DNA of 49,826 bases, the filler included, from Dirinaria sp. TL-2023a (Eukaryota): assembly GCA_051941275.1 (NCBI GenBank). It is 2 parts of 2 records of this genome, joined end to end, with 100 filler letters (N's around TTAATTAATTAA, not from the genome) between each part and the next. Parts side by side here need not be neighbours in the genome. Positions count along the whole stretch, not along the records: positions 1 to 24,892 come from JAVEBF010000181.1; 1 more part is not named here. One strand, 5' to 3'. Below are positions 1 to 12,470 of the stretch, one piece after another. Below the pieces are notes generated by a model, which saw nothing but the letters and a program-made list of their open reading frames with translations, was not told where the DNA came from and did not search any database. How positions within the stretch are numbered: the stretch's first letter is position 1; every line of letters starts with the position of its first letter. The translations under genes and the position numbers were made by a program.

Positions 1-2065
1 GTTGGAGAGAGTGTTATGATAGGTTATCAGTAAATATTTACTATAGTTAATGCTGGTAATGCTGGAATAGCGGATGGGAAAAACAGAAGATAGTAGGAGT
101 GCACGATCAGCAATTTAAGAACATGGGAATATCAATACAGAGAGACTTCAAAATGAAATGATGAATCAAGCCCTCGAGAAATTGATCGAGCGACGACTGA
201 GCGAAGTCGAAATGTTGAACCCTGTTTTCGAGATGTTATTCTCAAATTCCTAGATTTCCCATTTGAGTTTAAGATCTTTTTGTTTCCACTATTAACTGAC
301 TTACTTTAAAGCCTTGACTTGGAGAGAATATTTGCATTGAAACTTATCCTCTCAGGATTGAACCTTACAATGATAGTTCATCTAAATCGTAATGACATTT
401 GTCTCTCATGGTTGAGAAAATCTGGTAGACGATGTTGAATATAAGAAAAGTAGTATAAAGTAGTCATCTTGTTGAATTCAAGTATCAGAGAAAGTCGTCA
501 GGATCCACCACTATCGGCCTTTGAAGGATGACACGCAGCATTGTTCTTCTTCATACTCCGTGTCTCTTATCAGCTCGCCCATCCGAAACATTTCGTAAGG
601 CCTCGCATCACAGTCACAGAATAATCCTGGAATAGAGACTATCTCTAGTGTAGCTATCAAGTAAGGTGAGCGATGCATCTAGCCATTGTCGCGCGTCTGA
701 AACATTCGCTGCAAGGTAGTATTGAAATCAATGCTTGGGAAATATTATCTTGTGCGTTCATTTAGTCGTTGTCTTTTCGCCCATCCGTGGAATTGCGGAG
801 GAGTTGGCACGGGTTGCGCAACCAGCGCCAAACCTAAGAGACCCTGAGTCCAGGATTTCTAAATCAAGATTGACTGATTTCAGAAGTTGAGGCGAATACT
901 GTAATCCTCCTCTGAATCTACCTTTTTCCATTGTCCTGCTTCCTTTGATCAAGACTGTAAGCGCATCCAGGGATCTTCGCTGGTAGCCAATTGATAGAAG
1001 GTTAGTATCTTAAAAACATTTTCTTGAGCTTGAAAAGCGTGACGCAATCATTAAAATGTCATTTATATTTGTTGCGATTCTCGCATAGGGCTATAACCAA
1101 AAAATGAGAGTATTTATAATCTGAAAAAAAAAAAAAAGAAAAAAAAAAAACTCTTTTATGTCAATTGGTTCTGGCGATTCAAAAAAGAGCCCAAAGTTGC
1201 TCAACTCTCGTTCCATATTCTAGATAGTGAGCTAAGTCAAGAAGACAATTGTGTAAGTGTGTGTCGATATGCATCACTCGTCATGCACGGATCTTCGAAT
1301 AAGAACTTATCATCTAAAGTCATAGACCGAAACCTGTGGTTTTGCTTAGATCAAATTAGTAAAATTAGACGCGATTTAATTATGATTGACTCGTTTTGGA
1401 GTCTCGAGATAGCGAATTTTTGCACGATAAGCAAAGATAAAAGCCTGAAAGACTTTAGTAAGAAGTAAATACTCACAGCGTTCAAGTCACGTTCGCGTCG
1501 AGTGCGCTGAGACACGAAAAGGAATAACGAAAGATTTGAAGAGTGAGAAACACGAACGACAAATCTCTCCAAAGCTGAATCGTGAGGAATGGAGGGCCGA
1601 TCGAGGCGCGAATATGTAGAACAAAATTTCAAGATTCCATCTGGTGGATTGGCTAAAGTTGCGTGGAGAAACCAGAATGTTTTCTTTTTGAACGATTCGA
1701 TTAATTTCGACATGAGCTGAGTCAACTTAATGGACAGAAGGAATGATAAATTTTGTCAACTAGCAAAATCGAGATCGATCGATCTTGTCAGAATCTGTGC
1801 AAATTTACGCAAACTATCGATAAGCAGAAGATAGTTTTGTCGAATCATTGCTTGGAAATTAGTCTACAAAAATCGTAATCTTCCTGGCTGAAAGTTAATA
1901 ACCTTAGACCTTGTTGCTTCCAGCGAACTCGAGTATCTTTGGATCGTAGGGAAGCACCGTCGAACTTTCTTGGATGCGAAACTTTGACAATCCTAAGTGC
2001 ATACAGAACACAAGAATAAGTTGCTTGAAGTCTTTTCTAAGCCCGCTTAATGCGCAAGAGACTAT

Positions 2066-2247
2066 CAAAGACCAGAGATTACCAGGTGGTGACTAGGTAG
2101 AGTCCGTTGGGGGTAGAAGTATTGATTAATTTTCTTGAAGGTCTGGGCCCCAAAGATACTATTTTAACTAGAGAAATGCTCAGTAAGTAATTAAGCATTT
2201 TTGAGCAAGAAGCAGGGGCAGTTGGCATTGCCTCTGCCTACCTAATT
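2066..2247. repeat. Direct repeat copy 1 (LTR-like or duplicated cassette, RIP-mutated)
   Basis: Aligns to 3370-3509 (caaagacYagagattacYaggtggtgactaggtagag...gcagttggcattgcc). The substitutions I see are all C/T or G/A. This copy has an extra 38 nt at 2169-2206. Confidence 0.9.
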
Positions 2248-3180
2248 ACTACCCCTCTCACACGACAGCGCTCTCGCGACTAGTTATTTTCTCAGACCAT
2301 GCCCTTTAGGTCTTTCTTCTTCAAGATCTCACTGTCTACTCTCATAGTCGAATATTCTTCTTCGTAAAGGTCTCCTAGAAATCTATAAGTCTTCTCTTTC
2401 AATACTTCGCGATCACTCATCTCTTTCATGAATGAATGTATCTTATCGAGGGTTTTTATCAAACTTATGTCATAAACCTCAGAAGCTTTGACTAATGTTT
2501 TTGTGTTGAGATCGAGATCAGAATCTTTTTTCATTCGTTTTGATAATGACGACGATAAATAATCTGATTGACGCTTGAATTTGCTTTTTATCTCTGACAT
2601 AGAGATAGATCAATGAGCGACGATGATCATGAGTGACTCTTCGATATCTGTGCTAGTGATGATAAAGAATTTGATTGAAACAATGACTGCTTCTGATTCT
2701 GAAATTGAAATCTCGAATCCATGAGATGTAGTGACTTCGATGATATCATTCTTTCTATCTTGCTCTTCATGTCCCTCAATGAATCTGATCATCGAGGAGT
2801 CCGAACGAAATCAGCTTTTTGGCAGAAATATTCGATCATCTGTCGAGGTAATGTTGATAGAATGAGAGTCAATAAATGCACTCGGTTCGCTTGGTTCGCT
2901 ATTCACCTCGACTGACATGCGTCCACAGGCTTTTTGGACTACACAGCGTATTTGATGTTTGAACTTAGTAGCAAGCTCTGCCAGTACGCCCTCATCTCCT
3001 ATATTCCTGTAATAATAACTATGTTCGACTAGCTTCTTGGCTGCCAGCCCTTTGTTCGACCTCGGTGCCCGAATTTTGCCTTCGGAGGTAAAATCTGCGG
3101 GGTGACTGATTGTGTTTTGGCGACCTGTGGTGATGGCGTCGATGTAGGAGATGTAATTGGTGGCGATTGCATTCAAAAAA

Positions 3181-3342
3181 GGACTTGGACTTGACTGGAC
3201 AGGACTAGAAAGACTTGGACTCGACTTGGAAAGCTGACTGGTAGACTTGTGGAAGACAGACTGGAAGACTTGTACTCGACTTGGAAGAACGAAAGACTTG
3301 GTTGACTTGACGGGACAAAAGACTTGATTGTGACTTACTTCA
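3181..3342. repeat. Degenerate GACTTG/GACTGG short-motif array
   Basis: Roughly a dozen GACTT(G) units plus GACTG/GACTC variants with irregular spacing in ~160 bp. Confidence 0.85.
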
Positions 3343-3369
3343 AGGCCCCTAGGATCTCGTCGGTATTGC

Positions 3370-3509
3370 CAAAGACTAGAGATTACTAGGTGGTGACTAG
3401 GTAGAGTTCGTTGGGGGTAGAAGTATCGATCAATTTTCTTGGAGGTCTGGGCCCCAAAGATACTGTTTTAACAAGAAGCAGGGGCAGTTGGCATTGCCCC
3501 TACCTAATT
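3370..3509. repeat. Direct repeat copy 2
   Basis: Same orientation as 2066-2247 and near-identical apart from transitions and two indels. Confidence 0.9.
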
Positions 3510-5772
3510 CTATCCATCGCATTCCGCTAGTCTTCAGAAAAGCTTTGTATGAGTCATGCCGTGCCAAACCCTCATCTTGTCGATTGTATCGCTATGGCTT
3601 TTGCAAACATATCTAACGGATATTGAGCTGCCGAAATATATGGTCTAGCAAGGAGACCGACCAGACTTGAATTTAAGACAATCACAGAACCTCAACAGAT
3701 TGAATGGAGGTCGCAGCGAAGCCCCAGATGTAGGGCAAATACCAGCATCAATAACATTTTGTTGACAACGGAGTTTGGTCATACGAAACTTTTGTATGTG
3801 GCAATTCAAGATGGGATAATGATGTGATGTTGAATGAGAGTATATTTTGCTGAAACCCCTTCTACCATGTTAGTTGCGCTGAACAGCGAGGACCGAAGTC
3901 GTCTAGAATTTCAACTGCATGTGTCCTGATTCTGTCTCCTATTTTCGTCTTTTCGCCGGGATTCTCCGCCCCTTGAAATTATTCCGAGAAAGGCTAGTAT
4001 ACATTATAGTCATGCTCATGACTGAGAAATGAGCATTTTCACAGGAAAATGGTGAAAAGAGCAAGAAGAAATTGCTAACTGGCCATTTATGGCTTTCTCA
4101 AGGTCGTGCTCATTAGCCGACATTATTGTTCGCTACTTGGAAGCTGTGTAGTCGTCCCATAGCCTAGCATGAATACTATGTTGTTGATGTCTAGAACTAC
4201 TAGGAGATGGCAGGTTCTATTCTCAGGATCAGTAAGGGCTCAAAGGTTTGGTTTCAAACACAATATTGAGAGAGCGCAAAGTTGCCATGCAGGGATTTCT
4301 GAGGACGCATTCCCTCACAAGCGTATTGAAGACAACGGCGTTTTTCCATACACCTACCCCGAGGACCAACTCTACCTTTCTGCTGAATATTTCTGGTTCA
4401 GTCCATGCCTCCCTTCACATCTGTCTCTGTTATCTTGCTCATGAGATAAATGCTGGCATTTTGGAAGATTCAATTTTGGGAGGCTCGAGACCTGTTTTCT
4501 CTGCTTCGCTTTATTGGAGGTCTAATGTCATGAATATAAAGTATAGTGAGCAGCGGTAAGAATTAGTATATCATATGTGACTGAGACCTCAGCAACGGTT
4601 GATCTGTAGATTGACAAGGCGAGTATGATCTCGAGCCGAAGATCTTAGTAGAAATAAAAAGGTAGCGAAAGCTTTCGATATTCTTGAGAAGAAAAGTTTT
4701 TGCCTCAGCTCTGACTGCGATTCGATTCAGTTCGACGTGAAACTGACTGGCCTAGGCCGCTGATCCACTTCATCAATCTCGATATCCGCTGCATGATGCC
4801 CTCGTACACTAACTGTTTGGTGCTACACATTGATTATGGGGTCTCAATAGCCTCCCTTAGGAATGCATTAGAAACAACATAATGCTAGTATTGAGTGCGT
4901 GGGTATGTTGCCTGATAGTTTTTGACACGCTAAATTGGTTCACAGACTGTGAGGCCCTTTTGAAAGGGCTTGCAAATGATAAATTTCTCCTAAGAGCGGT
5001 ATTGAGGACGATATATGCGTATAATGCTCGAGCTGAAAAAACTGATTATTCGTTTGATGGGAGAAAAGATTGCAGGTTTAGAGATGAAATTACCATGCGA
5101 AGTGTGAGATACATGCTCTAGTAATCAGACGGCCCCATGGCGCAGGTTCAGATATCACAGGATCACTTATCCTTCCTTCGATTCAGTGGCTTTTCTACTT
5201 TCAATTGAAGTAGTGCTCGAGAGAGACATTTTGTGGACGGCTTGCATCCCCAACCTATTTGTAATCAATAACATCTCCTTGATGAGGTTGTGCTTACTTG
5301 CGTCCGCCAACTGAAGCTTGATGATTTCCCTAGCTATTTGTACTTCTGTGGACGACTTGGCATTAGCGTAACTAGAAGATCATACTTTCTTCTTCTGTTC
5401 TACATTTTATTTCGTGCATGTCCACCCTTCACTTGTAAGTTTGGTTCCATGACTTTTTGGCCACCGAGCATAGATATTAGGTCGCCAATGGTCAGCTTTG
5501 GTCAAGACCTTGGCTGGGCAGGCTAATTTGGTTGGACGATGACTTATCTAGTGACATTCTTCATGCACCGTATTTCTAGGTCGAACGGCAGTCAATTTGC
5601 TCTCATAAGGCTCAGTTTGAGAGTGCAAAGCGTCTGTACTGACCTATCGCAAATTAATCCCTGTACCAATTTCTTTCATCCGTTGTGTCAAGTATTCGTA
5701 CTTGATCAGCGACAGTGAGTCTTTTCCTTCAGATAGGTAGCGCAGGGTTGCGGTTGTGATCCTGTCTGCCTA

Positions 5773-6070
5773 CCCATCTTTTCAACTGAAACAGCGCTAA
5801 CAGCACTGAGACTGTGTTTTCAGCTTCAAATCCTACCCGCGACCTGTTTACAATCCAACAGAAATCAAAGTGAACCCCGAGAAGGGATTAGCTTCCTCGA
5901 AACCCTAAGGTACCTTACCTCCTTCCCATCTTTTCAACCAAACCACGCTAGCAGCACCGAAGGACTGTCCTCAGGTCCAAATCCTACCCGCAGGCTCTTT
6001 ACAATCCAACAAAAACTTAAGTGACAACCCGGAAACGGTTAGCTTCCCCGCAAGGCTACCTTACTTTCCC
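5773..6070. repeat. Diverged tandem duplication, ~152 bp unit, 2 copies
   Basis: cccatcttttcaac...caaatcctacccgc...tttacaatccaaca...ttagcttcc...taccttac occurs from 5773 and again from 5925. Confidence 0.85.
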
Positions 6071-6841
6071 GAGCTCGCCTTTCTTCGATAAGATGTGCAT
6101 AGTCGGTCGTTGGAGAGCCTACAACGTCCGGAAAAGACGTTAGAATCCGTGCAAGAGTAGAACATCAGTGAGCGGTGCACAGATCTGATAGCTATCAAGG
6201 CATAAGAGTTCGTTAAGAAATTGCAGGAGGTGGAAGGAAGGTGTTGTAGAAGAAATAAGAGATAGGAACCGGTAACCGGTTATGCTGGTAGAGGGTGGTG
6301 GTAGGAAGGTCGATGTAGGAATGCAGGAGCGCCAGAGGACGAAGCGCGTAATTGAACATTCATAGTTGAACATATAGTATCAATTTCTGTGCTACCGGTA
6401 ATCACCCCACCTCGTTCATACTTCCTAGATGATTCTTCGGAATTTGAGTTTTACAAAACAGGGTATAGACCAATAGCAACAGACTCCGTGAATTTTAGCA
6501 ACGTATTGACCCTTTCAATTCTCGATGGCTTTCTTGGTCATCGAAAGCCCGCTCCAAGGCTGCTGCTTAGCCTGCTTCCCCTTGGTTACTGCTTTTGGGA
6601 TTTAGAGAAAGACATAGTCTTGAATCTGGAATGGCAAGTTGAGGTTATGCTCGTTTGAGATGGCTTGATACTACCTGTAGACCAAGAATTTTAAGCTTAG
6701 GGGTCCGTTACTGTGTGACGTAGCGTTATGTCTCTCAATATCGATGAGAGAAGAGTGTGTCGCTCGAACGTATCTTACTTTCCTTTCGAAGATGCCACCT
6801 ATTGAAGAGTCTCACGTTATAGATGAGCTGCATGCTTACCC

Positions 6842-7620
6842 TTAGTCATGATGGCCAGCAAGCCTTGTTTCGGTGGTGACAGAAAAATTCCGAGTAGCCC
6901 TGAGCACATCTGCTAAACAAAATTCGAACACAGTTGTTTCCAAAGTGCCCTTCTCAATGACTTGAAGGATGTCAAACCCTTCATATACCTCATTAATGAA
7001 ATTATTCATTTTCTTGCCTTGCAAGTATTCATTGGCCGGCATTTTTCTATAAGCAGCTCGAGGCCACTGTGAGCCAACTCCTAGGCTTGCCTTTCAAGCA
7101 ACCATATACTTCACTTGAATACCTAGAACGGCCATCGGTCGACCAAATTTGAGATACATCCATCGCGATATCTGCTTTGGACCCAATGCGGTCAACGATT
7201 TATCTGCAAGTGTTGGCGTAGACCCGAAGATCACAGCAACACCGCACTTGGTCAAGATAGTCGAGCGATCCTTGAGGCAGCACAACGGCAAAGTTGACCG
7301 CTGCTCGAATTTCCTGTCCGAATGCTTTTAAGTTGTGCATTAGTTTCCCAGAAGCTGCTTGCAAGCACAATGCAATCATTGAACGCATCCAATTCTTTGG
7401 CATTATTATCGATGACTGAGCAGGTAAGGTGCGCCTCGGTCTCATGCTACGGCGCCTCGGGCTCTCTTAGAAAAGACTTTGTGCTTAAGGTTGCTTGGCA
7501 AACCGTACGGGTACAGAGCTGGTGTGGGCGCAGATTACTAAGCCAAGTTTCGGCGGCACAGGCGCCTAGAAGGGCCTATTCAGAGTACTGTACGTGCAGA
7601 ACTCCGTACTCAGTAGCTTA
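6842..7620 (-). pseudogene. Possible decayed gene fragment(s), product unknown
   Basis: Several short, protein-like minus-strand frames (6842-7042, 7094-7291, and one near 7250-7590 interrupted by TAG codons that could be mutated CAG). No family motif recognised. Confidence 0.2.
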
Positions 7621-8358
7621 AGCGGTGCACCCTCCTTAGTCGCATTCGCTCCGTCCATCTGACTTTCATCCCACGAGTAAAGTAGGCAACCCCCGTTAAT
7701 TCTTTCCGTTGTCGTAATGTCCCTTGGGTATTTAATCTTGGGTATGGCCAGGAAAGTGAGTAGCTACATGGTGATTCGTTCTCACGGAATCGCCAATTAT
7801 GAGACCGCTACTCAACTTCGCAGAAATCGGGTGCTTCGCTGGACCCAAGGATCTAATGGTTACAGCGTTCCCGTATCCATGCCCATCAGCGATGTCAGCG
7901 TATACTACGACGTAAAATGTGTATACGAGAGAAGCGATAACGTAAGGTGAGGAAGATAGGAAGGTAAAGCACAGGTATCATTGCAGTAGTAACTGTCTTA
8001 GTCCTACAAGTCCACAACTTTCCTGGCTTGAAAAAGCGCCACCAAAGCATTCTAAACCGGAAAGGGGCAATGCAATCCTTGGCAGTCAGTCCTCACTCTA
8101 ATGTAAGATAGTTACCTTATCCATACCGCCAGCTCGTCGTAACCAGATGCCGATTTTAGCAAGAAAGACACGAGCATACAAGTGACGGCATATATGGGAC
8201 GCAATGGCCAGCGTTGGAACCATGACAGCCCGCAGAAACGGAGATCGCTGCTGAACAACTGAGTGCCTTATCAAAGTATTGTTGATCTTCCTCCGTTGTG
8301 GGCGATTTCGAAGTGGCATACACAACCTGTACATGAAGTCTTTCGGGTGTCCATTGCC

Positions 8359-10395
8359 ATGGGGACAAGCGACGCTGTAGGCTGGCATTTTGTGCACATT
8401 AGCAATCCCAAATCCGCACGGAACCCTGCCACCCGCAGATTCGTGAGAGCCACAGTAGCCGCTAATTATCACCGCAAAGAGAGGCAGCACCACTCTTTCG
8501 TCCAAGAGCATGCCACTGATGAACAAATTAAGGCAAACGCCGACCAGAAGAGGCAAAAGCACTTTTTGAGCCTAGTGCGATCGAAGGAAAAGGGGGCAGA
8601 CGAACATTGCCATTCGTCTGAAGTAGCATCTATTCATGAGCAAGTGGAGCCCAGCACAAGCGCACATGACGACGACGAGACCTCAGGGCACGGTTCTCCA
8701 GGCAATTCATGGTCTACCAGCCTCGCCAAAACCCCAACATCTGGCCATAATGATCCTTTTGGCATCCGCTTTGCCGGAATCGAGTACCAATCAGACTATG
8801 GCAGTCTCCTGCAACATTGTAGGTGCCAAGATTCTCTTCTTTTCTCATCCTCAGCGCACTTCATGTGTGTGACACGATCGTAAGCGTATTTGAGATTTCC
8901 ATGTCAAACCATTCCTAAATGGATCAGTTGGACTGCATCAGAGATTGCTATCGCTCCTCTGGTCCAGACAGACGCGGCATCTTGCAGCATTGCAACCTCC
9001 AATGTCACCGACTGTAACCTATTGCCTTCTCAGCTTGTCGTGGACTCGCACATGGAACAGTGGAGGACTTCAAACTCGTGTGCTGACTTATCCGGCCGCA
9101 GTCATATCTGTTGTGGACCCTTTCTATTGTCCTTTTGGGTCTGACAGCGGTCGAAACAATCTGAGATACGCTGTCTCTGTTCAGCAAAGCTTGGCAGATG
9201 CCGCTCTTTACAGGTCTATCCTATTCGCAGCTTCTGCGCATCGAGATTTCTCCTCAGGCGAAGATCTCAGTTCTACAGCGTTGATGCACAAAGGTGAAAC
9301 CATCCGTTTGATCAACGCCAGCCTTGATCGTGCCCCTGATCTCGTTAGCGATTTCACCATTGCTGCTATTGCCATGCTAGCAGTCACACAGGTAAGGTGT
9401 ACCTATGCTCAGCACTGTCGTTCCTACAGCCACTGACTGCTTCTGCATCTTATAGAACCTTACGAGAGACAGCAATGAACAGTATGTGCATCTGAGTGCA
9501 GTTGAAACGCTTGTGAGGCTACGGGGAGCCGTCGACTCCCTGGCAATGCAGAAGATCCTGCATTTGTACATCTCCTGGTGCGATCACTTTCTCTGGCATC
9601 AGCACGCAGGAGCTGACTGGTGATAGGCAAGACCTTGTCTGCGCACTCGTCACAGTGCAACCTGCGAGATTTGTTCAGATACATTGCAATGCATTCGTGA
9701 AGGCCCCTTCCTGGTTCTACAGTCACGGAGTCGACAGCGATGTTGAGGATAATGTCAACAAGACGTCTTTGCCTCAGGATATCCAAGAAGTGGCGCAACC
9801 AATATTCCGCGATCTCCACTTTCTGACGGGCATGATGCGGCATTGTTGGAGTCAGATGATCGTTTGTGATCGGATGTACATGACGTTCTGTCAAGTTCGC
9901 GCGTCACTCGAACATCGCGCCATCAATCTGATGTCGTCGTCAGAGCATCGATGGAAACCATACTACTCCACACTTGTTGGCTGCTGCATGGCGGCCTTAT
10001 CCTACACTCACCTAGATCTCCGCGGCTATCAAGCAACCTGTGCGGCAGTACGTCTTGCAAAGGCGACTCTTTCCGCACACTTCGATGATAGTTGGTACAA
10101 TCCGTCCATGGCAGAAGAAGACATTCAAAAGACGTGGTCATTGAGATTGTGGACTCTTTGCATGAGTGCGCCAACTGCCCTGGGCGAAGATCAATTGAGT
10201 TGGTACGCCAACAGAATTTTATGCTGTGCCTCTGAATTGCGGCTCGCGAATCCTCGACAGGTAGAGCAGCAGCTCGCAAGCTATATCTGGAATCCTGCAA
10301 ACCACTCCTTCTTCGTTGCCAAGACCTGGCCAAAGGTTATGGACATACTTGGGTCGGTTGATCTGGGTTCTTCGCCAAGCTCAGTGGAAAGTTAA
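8359..10395 (+). CDS. Fungal-specific transcription-factor-domain protein (Fungal_trans_2/DUF3468-like) without a Zn2Cys6 finger, ~546 aa
   Basis: Exons 8359-8818, 9102-9391, 9456-9577, 9627-10395 join in frame across GT-AG introns. N-terminal HFVHISNP...RRFVRATV segment; later LYRSILFAASAH...HKGETIRLIN...SDFTIAAI and HLSAVETLVRLRGAVDSL...WQD motifs typical of this family. Confidence 0.75.
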
Positions 10396-11159
10396 AACGC
10401 TAGATGTCTAGCTGCCACACAAAGTGGTGCGCCTTTGGGAGACCAAGAAGAGGCACAGCATTTTCTATGGGAGCAACGATTGGATGCTTAGTTACACTGA
10501 TGGAAGGGGACCATGGATGGGTAGTATAGGAGCGAGGTACACCTTGTCCCACCAGCATTTCTGGACGATTTCCAGCTTGCTCCACCCCCATTTCTGTGAA
10601 AATAAGTTCGAGCAATTAAACTCTGGTTTTTGCACACCTTGTACATCTTAACAACCATCGTCAGCCGTGAACTCTAGAGCTTTGTTTTTTGAAAAAAGCC
10701 CAACCCAATGGAAATGGAAATTTAAGTTCTATCTAATGCACTCTGGCCCACCCCCCCCAAAAAAATGATGCTTTCTCTCCAACCACACATATTCTCTGAA
10801 TTAATTTCTTGGCCTATGGAGAGAGTCCTTTCTTTTAACTAACTCACTACTCAAAGCTACACGTAGCGAACCATTTCTATTTTTGGGTTTTTATTCCCAG
10901 GGATTAGGAAATAAGAGGTTAACACTAAACATAAACACAATCAAAAAAAAAAGAGAAAAATGGGAAATATGTTTCTCTTCTCCTCCTCTTTTCTGATATT
11001 TCCCCACTGCTTTTTAGGTAGATTAAAATTCGCACGCAAACGCAAACGATAAACGATGAAAAGAGAGAAAGAAAGTGTGTCTGGGTCGGATAGAAACCCC
11101 AATCCTTGGGTTTGTTTTATTTGTGGGATGAAATGATGTCTATATGTACTCGTAACTGA

Positions 11160-12470
11160 CTACGCAACCTGCCAACCCTCCCTCTGCGCCCCAATGAACC
11201 AATTCGACTCCCCCTGCATCGCCCTCCCCGACCTCACCGGCTGCGCCCTAAAACTCTTCAACCCGGCCTCCACTTCCCTCCCTTCAAACCTCTTACCAAT
11301 CCACTCCATATATATCTGCGACCCAGCATACATAAGCGGGGCATGCGTCACACCAGGAAGCATATGAAACTCGATGCTCTGGTCGGGGAACATCCCCGCC
11401 GTCTCCTCGACGGTCCAGCGGATTGTCTCAGCATCGATGATCGGATCCTCCTGACCCTGGATCACGAGCAGCGGACCCCGGAACGGTCGCCGGCTCGTGG
11501 CGGCGCAGGCTTGGTACTCTTGGATAACGGGATGGTCGCGCCAGTTCGGTTTCAGGGTTTGGTTGATGTCGGGCAGTTGGAAGAGGGTGGTGGTGCACCC
11601 CTTTTGTCGCGCCAGGATCTCGACGTTCCGTATCCCTGCCGCGGTGAAGATTTCAGCGGGATCGAAATCTGGGTATCGCGCTTTGAGACTCGGTGCGAGT
11701 AGGATGAGGAGGTATGGGATCAAAGCGCTATCGCGAGGTAGATCGAGCAGTCGGTTCGCCGGGTGTAAGGCTACAGTGCCCAAATACCCCTCCAGGGGCT
11801 CGGCGGCGACTTTTTCGGCGAAACTCCACGCCGCCCCGCCACCTTGAGATCCGCCTATAACCACGAATTGCTTCGAAAGCTGCGGGAACGCCGCTCGCGC
11901 CGCGGGAATGGAGTAATAGACATCGTTCGCTTGCGCGGGGCCGGTGAGGTATTCGTGGATAATCGCTTGCCCCTTCGCATCGGCGCCGACCCCGAGACCG
12001 GCATAGTCCGTCGCGACCACCACGTAGCCGTGCAAGGCCAGTAGATACGGCACCTGGAAGTGATGCCACAGGTCGCGCCGGTTCGACGGCGGACATTCGT
12101 CCGAGACCCCGCTCGTGCCGTGCGCCCATACTGTCACTGGAAGCCCACTTTCGTGCGGTCGTGCTACATATGGCCAGAGCACGTAACCTGATACAGGCAC
12201 GTGACGCCCTTTGGGCGTTGCGGATTGGTAGATGAAGCGTGATAGAGAGAGGTTCGGCGGCAGGCTGTAGAGTGAGGTGTCGGTTTCTGCTTCGAGCTTG
12301 AGAAGTGTGCCGAGTTCGGCGGTGACGGTTTCTGAGGAGACGCTGTAGAATGGGTCGGCTGAGACTGAGGCGTGAACGCGGGAGGAGAGTTCGAATTCAT
12401 GCGCGTTTTGGATGTTGCTGCGGTCTGTGTCTGTGAGGTCTTTGAGGAGATCTGAGGTTGAGAGGGCCAT
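11160..12470 (-). CDS. Secretory-lipase (LIP)-family alpha/beta hydrolase, intronless, 436 aa
   Basis: WAHGTSG oxyanion region, VVATDYAGLG, nucleophile elbow GGSQGGG, catalytic Asp in QGQEDPII and His in GVTHAP. Confidence 0.85.
   Translation of the reverse strand: MALSTSDLLKDLTDTDRSNIQNAHEFELSSRVHASVSADPFYSVSSETVTAELGTLLKLEAETDTSLYSLPPNLSLSRFIYQSATPKGRHVPVSGYVLWPYVARPHESGLPVTVWAHGTSGVSDECPPSNRRDLWHHFQVPYLLALHGYVVVATDYAGLGVGADAKGQAIIHEYLTGPAQANDVYYSIPAARAAFPQLSKQFVVIGGSQGGGAAWSFAEKVAAEPLEGYLGTVALHPANRLLDLPRDSALIPYLLILLAPSLKARYPDFDPAEIFTAAGIRNVEILARQKGCTTTLFQLPDINQTLKPNWRDHPVIQEYQACAATSRRPFRGPLLVIQGQEDPIIDAETIRWTVEETAGMFPDQSIEFHMLPGVTHAPLMYAGSQIYMEWIGKRFEGREVEAGLKSFRAQPVRSGRAMQGESNWFIGAQREGWQVA

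Larger units (their letters stand above)
1259..3509 (-). mobile_element. Degenerate, probably RIP-inactivated transposon or repeat relic (family not identifiable)
   Basis: AT-rich region with short K/I/S/D-rich broken ORFs on the minus strand (1351-1725, 2292-2600, 2610-2792, 2811-3176), direct repeats and a GACTTG array. No recognisable RT, integrase or transposase motif. Confidence 0.45.

Noticed and set aside
3181..3342. GACTTG array as a CRISPR-like array
   Set aside because: Units are too short and irregular, there are no constant-length spacers or cas genes, and the context is eukaryotic.
1..8000. Starship or other named giant element
   Set aside because: No tyrosine-recombinase captain or other diagnostic gene is recognisable in the decayed region.
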